A DNA stretch of 64,000 nt. Source: an uncultured Spirochaetota bacterium. Its GTDB lineage: Bacteria > Spirochaetota > Spirochaetia > SZUA-6 > Fen-1364. The notes under the pieces were generated by a model. The model was not told where the DNA came from, searched no databases, and saw nothing but the letters and a program-made list of their open reading frames with translations. This document shows positions 10,271 through 19,938 of the stretch, one piece after another; positions within the stretch are counted from its first letter, which is position 1; every line of letters begins with the position of its first letter. The stretch spans positions 2,016,001 to 2,080,000 of the forward strand of contig CAWGAA010000001.1 in NCBI GenBank assembly GCA_963820525.1, given 5' to 3'. The position numbers and the translations under genes are program-made.

Positions 10271-12364
10271 ATGAACAAAGTATCGTACATTTTGAAAGCA
10301 TTCATCCTGCTCGCCATGACGGCATGCAGCACTTCACCCGCCGGCGTCCCTGTCGGTGAACGATATGCAAAGGACAGGCTCGTATTCGTCTCACGGAGCA
10401 CGGGAAACGACGAGATCTATGCCATTAACCTCGATGGCAGCGGCCTGGTCAATCTCTCCAACAATCCCGCAAACGACGGGTTTCCGATCTGGTCGCCGGA
10501 CGGGCTTTCCATTGCATTTCAATCCGATCGCAGCGGGAAGAATGCAATCTACATTATGCGCTCGGATGGCACGCAGGTCCGGGAAGTGGCGGGCACCGGA
10601 CCGTTGGACTATCTCTCCGGATGGTCACCCGACGGACGCTGCCTGCTCATAACCTCCACCCGCGACGTCAATGGGGAAATCTACATTATTACAATCGATA
10701 GCGGAGAAGCGATCAACCTTACCCGGAACCCGGCGGCTGATGAAGCGCCCGCATGGTCGCCTGACGGCAAGAGGATCCTGTTCACATCGGACCGGGAAGC
10801 CCCGAGGGGCAGGCGGATCCTGCAGATCTACGTACAAGACCTCGAGAGCGGGACTATCGCGCGGCTCACCGATTTCGAGCAAGGCGCGGTGGATCCTCTC
10901 TGGTCACCAGATGGAAAGCAAATAGCCTTTGGCGTGGTGCAGAGCAACAATGTTTCGGTGGATACATTCGTGATGCAGGCCGACGGTTCCAACCCGCGGC
11001 CGTTGACGAAATACTATGGCGGCTGGGCGGTGCCGCAGACCTGGTCTCCTGATGGACGCTCTGTGGTGATCAATTACTTCACGGGCGTCCATGGAGAGCA
11101 ATGTGCGACGCAGATCAAGTCTCCCCTTGGCCTCACGGACACGTTTTCACTGCCGGAGGCGGCGATCGCGGGCGCTTACCGACAGCGTTGGTGGACGCCC
11201 CAGACGGCCGCTATCTCCCCGATCGTGCTGCCGCAGGCACCCGCCCCAGCAGCTTTGGAGACGCCGACGACCCTCGTCCTGGTCAACGGCACGCTGATCG
11301 ACGGCACTGGCGCGGGGCCCCGGCATGACGCGGCGATCATGATCAGTGGCGGCAAAATAGCGGCAGTGGGAAATCGTGCCGACGTGAAGATACCGGATAC
11401 GGCGCACGTGATCGACGTCCACGGCGCAGCCATCCTGCCTGGGTTCTTCAACACCCACGTGCACGACGCCTACGATGCATTTAATCTCAAGGCGTGGGTG
11501 CAGGCCGGCGTCACCACAGTGTGCGATCTCAACAACGGGACGCCCGCGTACGACCGGCTTTTCGCATTCCGCGACGCCGTTCTCGCTCACCCCCGCTATA
11601 CGCGCCTGGTAGCAGCCGGCCCGATGGTCACGGTGCCGGGCGGCTACCCCATCGCGTACTGGAACGCCGGCGGCCTCACCGTCACCTCCCCTTCCGACGC
11701 CAGGGAGAAAGTCATGCATCTTCTGGACGCCGGGGCGGATATCATCAAGATACCCCTGGAATCCGGAAGCATCTTCGGTCAGGTCATGCCTATGCTGTCC
11801 AAGGAAGAGGCATCCGCCATTGTCTCCGTCGCCCACGAACGCGGCACAACCGTTCTGGCCCATGTGAGCGTAGTCAAGGATCTGGAAACGGCGATAAACG
11901 CGAAAGTAGACGCCATCGCGCACATGGTGATAGATAAGCTGCCCGACGACCTGATCGCACGGATGGTCGCCGACGACATCTACTGGATCCCCACGCTCGA
12001 GCTCTGGCATAAGACCCACCTCGGTTACGCATTCGTCGAGGACAACCTGCGGCGTTTTGTCGCTGCGGGAGGCAAAGTTGCCTTGGGGACCGATTATGAC
12101 GGCGCGCCGAATGTCAAATTCGATCTTGGAATGCCGACGGACGAAATCAAATACATGAGCGAGGCCGGAATGAATCCCCTGCAGATCATCGTGGCCGCCA
12201 CCAGGAACGCCGCCCATGTAAGCGCCCAGGAAAAAGAGTTGGGAACGCTGGAAACGGGCAAAACCGCCGATGTGCTCGTGGTGGATGGCGATCCGCTGCA
12301 GGACATGAGCGCTCTCACGCGCGTGAAGATGGTGATCCACGGCGGCGTTATTGTCCGCGAATAA
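10271..12364 (+). CDS. Lipoprotein with PD40/TolB-like beta-propeller fused to a metal-dependent amidohydrolase
   Basis: Repeated WSPDG motifs, then LPGFFNTHVH, ALGTD, GTLETGKTAD. Confidence 0.88.
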   Translation: MNKVSYILKAFILLAMTACSTSPAGVPVGERYAKDRLVFVSRSTGNDEIYAINLDGSGLVNLSNNPANDGFPIWSPDGLSIAFQSDRSGKNAIYIMRSDGTQVREVAGTGPLDYLSGWSPDGRCLLITSTRDVNGEIYIITIDSGEAINLTRNPAADEAPAWSPDGKRILFTSDREAPRGRRILQIYVQDLESGTIARLTDFEQGAVDPLWSPDGKQIAFGVVQSNNVSVDTFVMQADGSNPRPLTKYYGGWAVPQTWSPDGRSVVINYFTGVHGEQCATQIKSPLGLTDTFSLPEAAIAGAYRQRWWTPQTAAISPIVLPQAPAPAALETPTTLVLVNGTLIDGTGAGPRHDAAIMISGGKIAAVGNRADVKIPDTAHVIDVHGAAILPGFFNTHVHDAYDAFNLKAWVQAGVTTVCDLNNGTPAYDRLFAFRDAVLAHPRYTRLVAAGPMVTVPGGYPIAYWNAGGLTVTSPSDAREKVMHLLDAGADIIKIPLESGSIFGQVMPMLSKEEASAIVSVAHERGTTVLAHVSVVKDLETAINAKVDAIAHMVIDKLPDDLIARMVADDIYWIPTLELWHKTHLGYAFVEDNLRRFVAAGGKVALGTDYDGAPNVKFDLGMPTDEIKYMSEAGMNPLQIIVAATRNAAHVSAQEKELGTLETGKTADVLVVDGDPLQDMSALTRVKMVIHGGVIVRE

Positions 12365-12665
12365 TTCTTCTGCGGGTGCACAGTACGGCAATATCGTCGT
12401 ACTGGGGATCTTCTTTGAGATGGGAATACATCACGGTGTCATCCTCGCCGTTTGTGGGAAGAGAAAAGTATCTGTCAAATTGGACAAAGTTCTTCCTGAG
12501 TGAATCGTGCACGGCGGGATCGAGGGAGATCTCCTCCGCATCGACTCTGCTGGAAAGCCTTCCAAGAGCGAACGCATACACTCTGTGCTGGAAGTGGTTC
12601 ACAATCTGCGTAAACGCGCGGAGATCGCCGTCTTTCGCCTTCTGAACCAGGCTGATCGGATCCAT
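12348..12665 (-). pseudogene. Truncated ECF sigma factor (region 2 start only) joined to an unrelated tail
   Basis: LVQKAKDGDLRAFTQIVNHFQHRVYAFALGRLSSRVDAEEI then abrupt loss of sigma similarity; no region 4. Confidence 0.6.
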
Positions 12666-12738
12666 CAGGGCCTTGCCTCCTCGCAATGATAGATGCTTGG
12701 ACCGGGAAATGGTCGGAAAAGATGCACGAAGGCCTCTG

Positions 12739-15114
12739 TCAATTCAGGAGCCGCCGGCGGGCCGACAGAGCGCGAAAGGCGGCGATAGACAAGAGAGCGT
12801 AGGCAACGGCGCCCACGGCGAACAGCGCCCCCACTCCCCGGCTCATCGCGACGATTGCAGCAGCGGCCGACGCGATGACCGAGGCGCATCCATTGGCCGC
12901 CCATGCGAAAGAGCGCGCCGCGTCGCCGGCTGCTTCGAACCGCATGCCCAGGGGGAACGGGATGCCGAGCAGGAACCCGGGGACGGCGAGCAGGCCGATG
13001 CAGGCCGCCGTCCGCGTGACCGGCGGGAGCGGGAGGAGAAGGCTCATCGAGCGCGTGAGAAACGCGCCGAGAAGAAGGAGCACGAGGGCGATGGCGCAGG
13101 AGATCGGCCCCAGCATCTTTCGGGAGAGCCTGTCCGCGATGAGGCCGCCCACCCCGCTGGAGACCAGGAGGCCGCCGAGCACGATCGACAGGGTCACGAA
13201 GGGATTCGAGAAGAGGAGCGTGAACGAGTCGAGGAACGCGATCTCCGCGAACAGGAATCCCATTCCGCTCGCCATAAAGAGAACCAGGAGACGAAGGGGG
13301 AATCTCCCGCGTCCGCTAAGAAGGGGCGGCAGGAGGAGCGGGATGCTCAAAAGGAGCGCTTGCGCCAGGACGGCGAGCGCGACCATCTCTCCGGACAAGA
13401 GGAGGCTGTACGTCCGCGCACCCATGGCGCGGAAGTACTCTCCGATGCGGGTCCACCTGATGAACCTGTTGGGGAAAGGCCGTTCATCCCCCTGCGGGCT
13501 CACGTCGAGAAAGTACGTCGCGGCAAAGCCCGGGTCTTTCGCGATAGCGGAGAACGCTTCGAAGAAGGGCGCTCCGGGAAGCCTGTTGAACCTGTTTGTG
13601 TCCTCCGGGCCGATGCCGGGAAACCAATCGAGATCGAAGCTCGCCGCTTTGGCGAACGAGACGACCGCGGCGGCGGGGGCTCCGCGGACCTGCCCGCGGG
13701 AAACGAGAATCGAGCAGGTGTCCCAGTTGCGCACGACCACCAGGCGCTCTTCCGGCTTCTCGACTCCCTCCCTGACAAGCGCCAGGAGCGCCGTGGAGAA
13801 CAGCCGCAGAGAGTCCGACGGCGGAAGAACGATGCGGCGCGACACGATGAGCACCCCGTGGTCGCTCAGCCGCCTCCAGTAGGCCCGGAAAGCGTCGACG
13901 GTCAGGAGCGCGTCCTCGGCGAGGCTCGCCATGCCGGGAAGCGATGGGCCCCAGTCCTCGACGTGGATCGTGTCGAAACGCTCGCCCCCGCGGGCCACCA
14001 GAGAGCGGGGATTTTCCGCAACCACCTCGATTCCCAGCGGCGCATAGACCTTGACCATTTCCCGCGACACCTCCGGCTGCTCGACGACCAGGAGGATCCG
14101 GCGGGACCCGGAGGCGAACGCGCACGCCACGCCGAGGCCCCCTCCGCTCTGGATCACGAGGCTCGCCGAAGGCGAGCCTGCGAGGATGTATCCCGCGAAC
14201 GAGTGGCTCCAGCGTGCGAACGCCGCCCCGCCTCCCGATGAGAGGTCGCTCGCCACGGTGAGCTCGTCGCCGTCGCGGATGATCGCGCTCTGGGAGGGAA
14301 GCGTGCCCGAGAAACCGAGGCTCAGCCCGGGAGCGAAGCGCAGCGCGGGGCTCTCCACGGCATCGAAGGTCCCCCGGATGCTCGCCGCGTGAGCCGTGAC
14401 GCGTGAATTGGGGGTTTGGAGCAGCTGGGGGAGCGCCATGTACGGAGAAGGGGGGACGGTGAAGAATCTGTCCCGCCCCCAGACGAAAGAGAGGGATATT
14501 ACGGCGGCGAGACAGACGGCCAGGGCGATCATGCCGAGAGAGGGCGCGGTCCTTTCCGATGGACCCGCGGCAAACGCGGAGGCGAGCGCGGGAAGAAGCG
14601 AGAGCAGGGCGGCGGCGGCTATGGCTCCACCGACGTCAAGGGACGGAAGGAGAATCGCGGGAGCAATGGCGCCGAGTCCCGATCCCGCCATGGAAGCGGC
14701 CGCTACCAGTCCGCTCGCGCCGGGGGAGGAAACGTACGCGATGCAGGTTCCCAGGCCGGCGAAAAAAAAGGGAAGGGCGAGCAAGAGGATCGAAACGAGC
14801 AGATACAGGAACTGGAGCCGCTCGATGGGGAAGCGCAGGTAGTCCAGGGGGATGAGACGCACCAACAGGAAAGAGCCCGCGGTGCTCGCCGCGCACGCCA
14901 GCGACACGACGGGGAAAGCGGTCCTCAGATCACTCCTCTCCCGCCGGCCGGCCGCCAGCGCGAACAGCGTCCCGGATGCGCCGTAGCCCAGCATGGCGAT
15001 GCCGATCACCATGAAGGAGAGATGGTTGCCGTGAGCGATGGCGAAGTAGCGCGTGAGGATCAGCTCGAACAGCAGGGACGAGGAGGAAAGGCAGAAAACG
15101 GCGAAAAGCGTCAT
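12739..15114 (-). CDS. Large polytopic membrane protein with spermidine synthase-like domain
   Basis: TM-rich N- and C-termini (AMLGYGASG; GIPFPLG; AWAANGCASV), central SGGGLG and DERPF motifs. Confidence 0.8.
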   Translation of the reverse strand: MTLFAVFCLSSSSLLFELILTRYFAIAHGNHLSFMVIGIAMLGYGASGTLFALAAGRRERSDLRTAFPVVSLACAASTAGSFLLVRLIPLDYLRFPIERLQFLYLLVSILLLALPFFFAGLGTCIAYVSSPGASGLVAAASMAGSGLGAIAPAILLPSLDVGGAIAAAALLSLLPALASAFAAGPSERTAPSLGMIALAVCLAAVISLSFVWGRDRFFTVPPSPYMALPQLLQTPNSRVTAHAASIRGTFDAVESPALRFAPGLSLGFSGTLPSQSAIIRDGDELTVASDLSSGGGAAFARWSHSFAGYILAGSPSASLVIQSGGGLGVACAFASGSRRILLVVEQPEVSREMVKVYAPLGIEVVAENPRSLVARGGERFDTIHVEDWGPSLPGMASLAEDALLTVDAFRAYWRRLSDHGVLIVSRRIVLPPSDSLRLFSTALLALVREGVEKPEERLVVVRNWDTCSILVSRGQVRGAPAAAVVSFAKAASFDLDWFPGIGPEDTNRFNRLPGAPFFEAFSAIAKDPGFAATYFLDVSPQGDERPFPNRFIRWTRIGEYFRAMGARTYSLLLSGEMVALAVLAQALLLSIPLLLPPLLSGRGRFPLRLLVLFMASGMGFLFAEIAFLDSFTLLFSNPFVTLSIVLGGLLVSSGVGGLIADRLSRKMLGPISCAIALVLLLLGAFLTRSMSLLLPLPPVTRTAACIGLLAVPGFLLGIPFPLGMRFEAAGDAARSFAWAANGCASVIASAAAAIVAMSRGVGALFAVGAVAYALLSIAAFRALSARRRLLN

Positions 15115-15815
15115 GGCCGCTCTTCGATCGCCTTCCCCGTCATCGGGACGAAGAGCACGCCGATGATGGAATCCGTGGTGTACGAGCCGCCCTTCTTGGT
15201 GACGAGGACGAGGTTCTGATAGCTGAAGGGGTTGCCGAGGGGGAGGATCAGCCTCCCACCGTCCTTGAGCTGAGCAAGAAGCGGCGGTGGAACGTGATTC
15301 ACGGATGCCGTGATCATGATGCAGTCGAAAGGGGCTTTCTCCTCCCAGCCGTAGTAGCCGTCACGATTGAAGGCGCTCACATTGCCGAATCCCAGGGACG
15401 AGAGAAGCCGCGACGCCCGCTCGAAGAGCGGACGCTTGATCTCCAGCGTGTACACCTCTTTGGCGAGGAGCGAGAGAACGGCCGCCTGGTAGCCCGAGCC
15501 GGTCCCGATTTCCAGCACCCGCTCCCCGCCCGTGAGCCGCAGGGTCTCCGTCATGAGAGCGACGATGTAGGGTTGGGATATCGTCTGTCCTTCGCCAATC
15601 GGCAGCGGATTGTCGTCGTAGGCCTGCGCCCTTAAGTATTCCGGCACAAAGAGGTGCCTCTCCACGGTGCGCATGGCCGCAAGGACTCGAGGGTCCGACA
15701 CGCCGCGGGCTTCGATCTGGCGCTTCACCATGAGCTCGCGGGCTGCCTGATAATTCTGGGCCGGGGCGTGAATGCAAACGATGAGGAGGATGGCAGAAAC
15801 GAGCCTGCGGCGCAC
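15111..15815 (-). CDS. pcm: Protein-L-isoaspartate(D-aspartate) O-methyltransferase
   Basis: QTISQPYIVA, VLEIGTGSGYQAA, APFD motifs; GTG start at 15815 after GGAGG. Confidence 0.93.
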   Translation of the reverse strand: MRRRLVSAILLIVCIHAPAQNYQAARELMVKRQIEARGVSDPRVLAAMRTVERHLFVPEYLRAQAYDDNPLPIGEGQTISQPYIVALMTETLRLTGGERVLEIGTGSGYQAAVLSLLAKEVYTLEIKRPLFERASRLLSSLGFGNVSAFNRDGYYGWEEKAPFDCIMITASVNHVPPPLLAQLKDGGRLILPLGNPFSYQNLVLVTKKGGSYTTDSIIGVLFVPMTGKAIEERP

Positions 15816-15891
15816 TGGCGTGCCCTCCGTCTCGTGCAGTATATCCCAGGGGTGAGCGGCGGCGCAACAGACACCTGACGGCCTCGCGCCA

Positions 15892-17907
15892 TCAGGTATG
15901 GAGGGGCAGCTCGGCGTTATCCCGCAGGAACAGCGGAATGAGATGGAGCGGCGCATCGGCTTCGACTGTTTCTCCTCCCTCGTGCCTCTGGCCCGTTTCG
16001 GCGTTCTTCCATTTCGAGCCGGCCGGCAGATAGACCGCTCGTTTGCGCATCCCCGGGTACATGACGGGGGCAACCAGAACATCCGGGCCGAACATGTACT
16101 CATCCTCGGTCTGCCATGCCCTTTCGTCCGCCGGGAAATCATAGAAGAGCGGGCGCATCACCGGCGTTCCCTTCTCGTGCGCCGCCTTCATGATGCGCGC
16201 GATATATGGCTTCAAGCGCGCGCGCATATGGAGGTACTTCGTGAGAATCCCGTACGCTTCCTCGCCGTAGCTCCATACCTCGTTTGGGCCGCCTGAGAAT
16301 ACGTCCTCGCTGGAGTCGCCGTCGGGGTGGGTAGGGGTATGGGGGCGCGACCTGTCCACCCGAAACCCGTGCAGGCGGAACACGGGGCAGAAGGCTCCCC
16401 ACTGGAACCAGCGGATGAGCAGCTCCCGGTATGCCGGGTCGTCGGGATCCCCGCCGCTGAAGCCTCCAATATCCGTCGTCCACCAGGGAATCCCCGCGAT
16501 CCCCATGTTGAGCCCCGCGGCCAGCTGCCTTTGAAACGTCTGGAAGGTGCAGTCGATATCGCCGGACCACACCAGGGCGCCATAACGCTGGCTCCCCGCC
16601 CAGGCGCAGCGCAGGAGATTGATGACGTTCTCCTGGCCTTCGGCTCGCATTCCATCGGAGAAAGTTTGGGCATATTTCGCGGGATAGATGTTTCCCACCT
16701 CCATGTCGCTGCCGAGGTGATACCGGTAGTTGTCGTAATCGTAGACCGAGTATTCCGGCTCAGCCTCGTCCAGCCAGAAGATCCTGATCCCCTTGCTGTA
16801 GTAGTTCGTCTTCACGATGTTCCACACGAACTCCCGCGCCCCGGGATTGGTGGGATCGAAGAACACGGTATTACCCATGAAGTCCATCGTGGTGCGGATG
16901 CCCCGCTCCACCCGCACAAGAAAGCCTTCTTCGAGCATTTTCGCGTAGTTTTCGCTGCGCTTGTCCACCGTGGGCCATATCGAGACCATGAGCTCGATGC
17001 CCAGAGCCGAAAGTTCCTTCACCATCCCATCGGGATCCGGCCAGTGGCGGAGATCGAATTTCCAATCCCCCTGCATGGGCCAGTGGAAGAAATCAGAGAC
17101 GATCACGGAGATGGGAAGCCCGCGTTTCTTGTATTCCCGCGCCACTGCCAGAAGCTCCTCCTGGGTCTTGTAGCGCAGCTTGCACTGCCAGAACCCCATC
17201 GCGAAGTCCGGCATCATCGGGACCGTCCCGGTCACCGCGGCATAGCGTTCCTCGATCTTGGCGGGGGTGTCGCCCGCGGTGACCCAGTAGTCGAGCTCGC
17301 TTGATTGCTCAGCCACGAACTCGGTCATATTCGTGGCGAATGCGGCGCGGCCGATGGCGGGATTGTTCCACAGAAAGCCATACCCGCGGCTCGACAGGAA
17401 GAACGGAACGCTTGCCTGGGAGTTTCTCTGGGCAAGCTCCAACACGCACCCCTTGAGGTCCAACCGGCCGTCCTGGTACTGCCCCATGCCGAAGATCTTC
17501 TCCCCGTCTTTGGCCTCGAAACGGCTGGTGACCCTGTACGTGGCGCCTGAAAGGGGCCGAAGCTCCCGGCCCTTCACTTCCGTCGCATAGAGGAAATCCC
17601 CGCCGGACAGCCGGGAACGCCAGCGCTCCTCCAGGAGAACGGCGCCCTTTTTGTCGAAAAACGATATCCGCCCCCCGTGGTGCACCCGCGCGGTGATGCC
17701 GCCGTTTGTGATCGTGCCGCCGTCTCCATCAGCCGTGATCCGCGCGCCCTTTGCCTTCGAAGGCAGAAGCGCCCAATCCCTGCTCTCATCGATTCTGGGA
17801 AGACAGGTGGCGCGAACGCGCAGGCCGCACTCGCCCCAGGGCTCGATCCAGAGCTGCTCGCCGTCATGAGCGCGCACAAGCCGTCCATTCTCGACTTTCA
17901 CAGACAT
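15892..17907 (-). CDS. Glycoside hydrolase family 31 (alpha-xylosidase-like)
   Basis: FWLDEAEPE nucleophile motif, WSGD, WTTDIGGF, PVMRPLFYDF. Confidence 0.92.
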   Translation of the reverse strand: MSVKVENGRLVRAHDGEQLWIEPWGECGLRVRATCLPRIDESRDWALLPSKAKGARITADGDGGTITNGGITARVHHGGRISFFDKKGAVLLEERWRSRLSGGDFLYATEVKGRELRPLSGATYRVTSRFEAKDGEKIFGMGQYQDGRLDLKGCVLELAQRNSQASVPFFLSSRGYGFLWNNPAIGRAAFATNMTEFVAEQSSELDYWVTAGDTPAKIEERYAAVTGTVPMMPDFAMGFWQCKLRYKTQEELLAVAREYKKRGLPISVIVSDFFHWPMQGDWKFDLRHWPDPDGMVKELSALGIELMVSIWPTVDKRSENYAKMLEEGFLVRVERGIRTTMDFMGNTVFFDPTNPGAREFVWNIVKTNYYSKGIRIFWLDEAEPEYSVYDYDNYRYHLGSDMEVGNIYPAKYAQTFSDGMRAEGQENVINLLRCAWAGSQRYGALVWSGDIDCTFQTFQRQLAAGLNMGIAGIPWWTTDIGGFSGGDPDDPAYRELLIRWFQWGAFCPVFRLHGFRVDRSRPHTPTHPDGDSSEDVFSGGPNEVWSYGEEAYGILTKYLHMRARLKPYIARIMKAAHEKGTPVMRPLFYDFPADERAWQTEDEYMFGPDVLVAPVMYPGMRKRAVYLPAGSKWKNAETGQRHEGGETVEADAPLHLIPLFLRDNAELPLHT

Positions 17908-18044
17908 GTGCCCACCTCACTCTCGAAGATACACCGTCTATGCGCCGGGCGCCAGCGCACGTCTGCCGTTCGCTGGGGGGCCGCATGCAGGGGCGTGGGT
18001 CGGGCGCCGGCGACAGCCCCAGCCCCCCGGTCCGGCCGCCGCCG

Positions 18045-18887
18045 CTACCCCTTGACCGCGCCGCTGGTCAATCCGCCGATGATGTATTTCTGAAGCAGGA
18101 TGAAGATGATCATCACGGGGAGCACCAGGATCACCCCGAATGCCATGATCCGGTTCCACTCGATGCCGTACTTTCCCATGAAATGGTAGATCTGGGCCGT
18201 CAAGGGACGGAGGGATGTCTTGTTCATGAACGTGATCGCGTACATGAGGTCGTTCCAGGCGAAGATGAAGGAGAAGGAGCCCGCCGTGATCAGGCCCGGA
18301 GTCGAGATCGGCAGAATGACCCTGAGAAACGAAGAAAAGCGGGAGCAGCCGTCGATGCGCGCGGAATCCTCCAGCCCCTTGGGCAGGCCGATGAAGTAGG
18401 TTCGCAGGAACAGGATGATGAAGGGGATCGCCACGGTGGAATCCGCGATGATCGAGGACAGGTAGTTGTTGATAAGATGAAAGCGGGCGAAAACGAGATA
18501 CAGCGGGGTCAGGATCAGCGTCGAGGGAAGCATCTGCGTGACCAGGAAGCTCATGATGATCGCCTTCTTGCCGCGGATGGCGAAACGGGCCATCCCATAG
18601 GCCGCGGGAATGGCCAGAAGCATCGAGAGGAACATGGTTGCCGGCGCGATGACGAGGCTGTTCAAGAGCGGGTTGACTACGTTGAACTCGCCGTGAAGCT
18701 GCTCGAGATAGGCCACGAAGCTCGCGTGCGCAGGCCAGAAGGTCTGGCTCACCTGGAAGATCTCCGCGTTGGTCTTCAGGGAGCTTGCCAGAATCCAGTA
18801 GAGGGGGAAGAGGAATACGCAGGAGACCGCGAGCCCCGCGATGTTCAGGGCCGCCTCCCGCGCGCGGCCGCTCCGGTTCATCCTCAT
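18045..18887 (-). CDS. Carbohydrate ABC transporter permease
   Basis: EAA-like loop LEDSARIDGCS, C-terminal GLTSGAVKG; ATGA-coupled start. Confidence 0.92.
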   Translation of the reverse strand: MRMNRSGRAREAALNIAGLAVSCVFLFPLYWILASSLKTNAEIFQVSQTFWPAHASFVAYLEQLHGEFNVVNPLLNSLVIAPATMFLSMLLAIPAAYGMARFAIRGKKAIIMSFLVTQMLPSTLILTPLYLVFARFHLINNYLSSIIADSTVAIPFIILFLRTYFIGLPKGLEDSARIDGCSRFSSFLRVILPISTPGLITAGSFSFIFAWNDLMYAITFMNKTSLRPLTAQIYHFMGKYGIEWNRIMAFGVILVLPVMIIFILLQKYIIGGLTSGAVKG

Positions 18888-19789
18888 GCATGCATCTCCT
18901 CGTCTCTTTGGATGAGGCGAAGGTAGCCGAGCCCGACAATGAAAAGGCACAGGAACAGGATGTTCGCCGCCGCCGCTCCTTCGCTGAAGTGGAACAGCAC
19001 GAAGGAGAGCTTGTAGGCGTAGGTGGAGAGCACCTCCGTGGCGTGCACCGGGCCCCCGTTGGTCATGACGTAGATGAGGTCGAAGACCTTGAATGTATAG
19101 ACGAATCCCAGGACGAGCACGGAGTAGATGGCGGGCTTGAGCATGGGAAGGGTTATCCAAAAAAGCCTCTGGGGCGCCGTGGCGCCGTCTATCGAGGCGC
19201 TCTCATAGAGGTCCTCGGGAATGCTGCAGATGCCGGTCGAAAGGAGGATCATGTTGAAGGGAATCCCGATCCAGGTGTTCGCGATGATCGTTCCCCACAG
19301 CGCCGTCGTCTCCGAGGTGAGCCAGCCGATCGGCTCCCTTACCAGCCCCGTGCCGACCAGGATGTAGTTGAGGATCCCGCAACTGGGGCTCAGCATGAAC
19401 TTGAAAAGGAGGGCGACAACGGTGGAGGGAATTATCCATGCAACGGTGAGGAGGCCGCGAAGGCGCCCTTGAAGCCGGAAGCCGGTATTGAAGAACAACG
19501 CCAGGGCGAATCCGATGGAGAACTGAAAAACGAGGCAGCCGATCGTATAGAGGAGGGTGTTGGCGACGCTGACGGACAAAACGTCCCCCGAAAAGATCTC
19601 CCGATAGTTCCGCAGGCCTATGAAATGCCGCACCGAGCTCTTGATGTTCATGATATCGACCTTCTGAAAGCTCAGAACGAAATTGTAGACGATGGGATAC
19701 CCGATGAAGGTGATCATGAACGCGAGCGCAGGCAGAACCCACAGGAACCCCGCCAGTTTCTCTCCCCTTTCGAACGTGACCCGTCCCAT
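18884..19789 (-). CDS. Carbohydrate ABC transporter permease
   Basis: LYESASIDGA, FKVFDLIYVMTNGGP. Confidence 0.92.
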   Translation of the reverse strand: MGRVTFERGEKLAGFLWVLPALAFMITFIGYPIVYNFVLSFQKVDIMNIKSSVRHFIGLRNYREIFSGDVLSVSVANTLLYTIGCLVFQFSIGFALALFFNTGFRLQGRLRGLLTVAWIIPSTVVALLFKFMLSPSCGILNYILVGTGLVREPIGWLTSETTALWGTIIANTWIGIPFNMILLSTGICSIPEDLYESASIDGATAPQRLFWITLPMLKPAIYSVLVLGFVYTFKVFDLIYVMTNGGPVHATEVLSTYAYKLSFVLFHFSEGAAAANILFLCLFIVGLGYLRLIQRDEEMHA

Positions 19790-19938
19790 AGCTGATCTCC
19801 GATACCGTGAAGTAAATGCGCGCGGGCCGGGGCTCGCAGTCAGGCGCCCGCCTAGGGCCATGGACGGCCTTAAAGCGGGCGCGGGACATGGACGTCCAGG
19901 CGCCCGCCCAGGGCCCGCGCATTATCGAATCAGAACGA

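Noticed and set aside
17930..18045. GC-rich intergenic hairpins in the sugar operon (also 19815-19935)
   Set aside because: No shared sequence between them or riboswitch consensus recognised; probably mRNA stability elements
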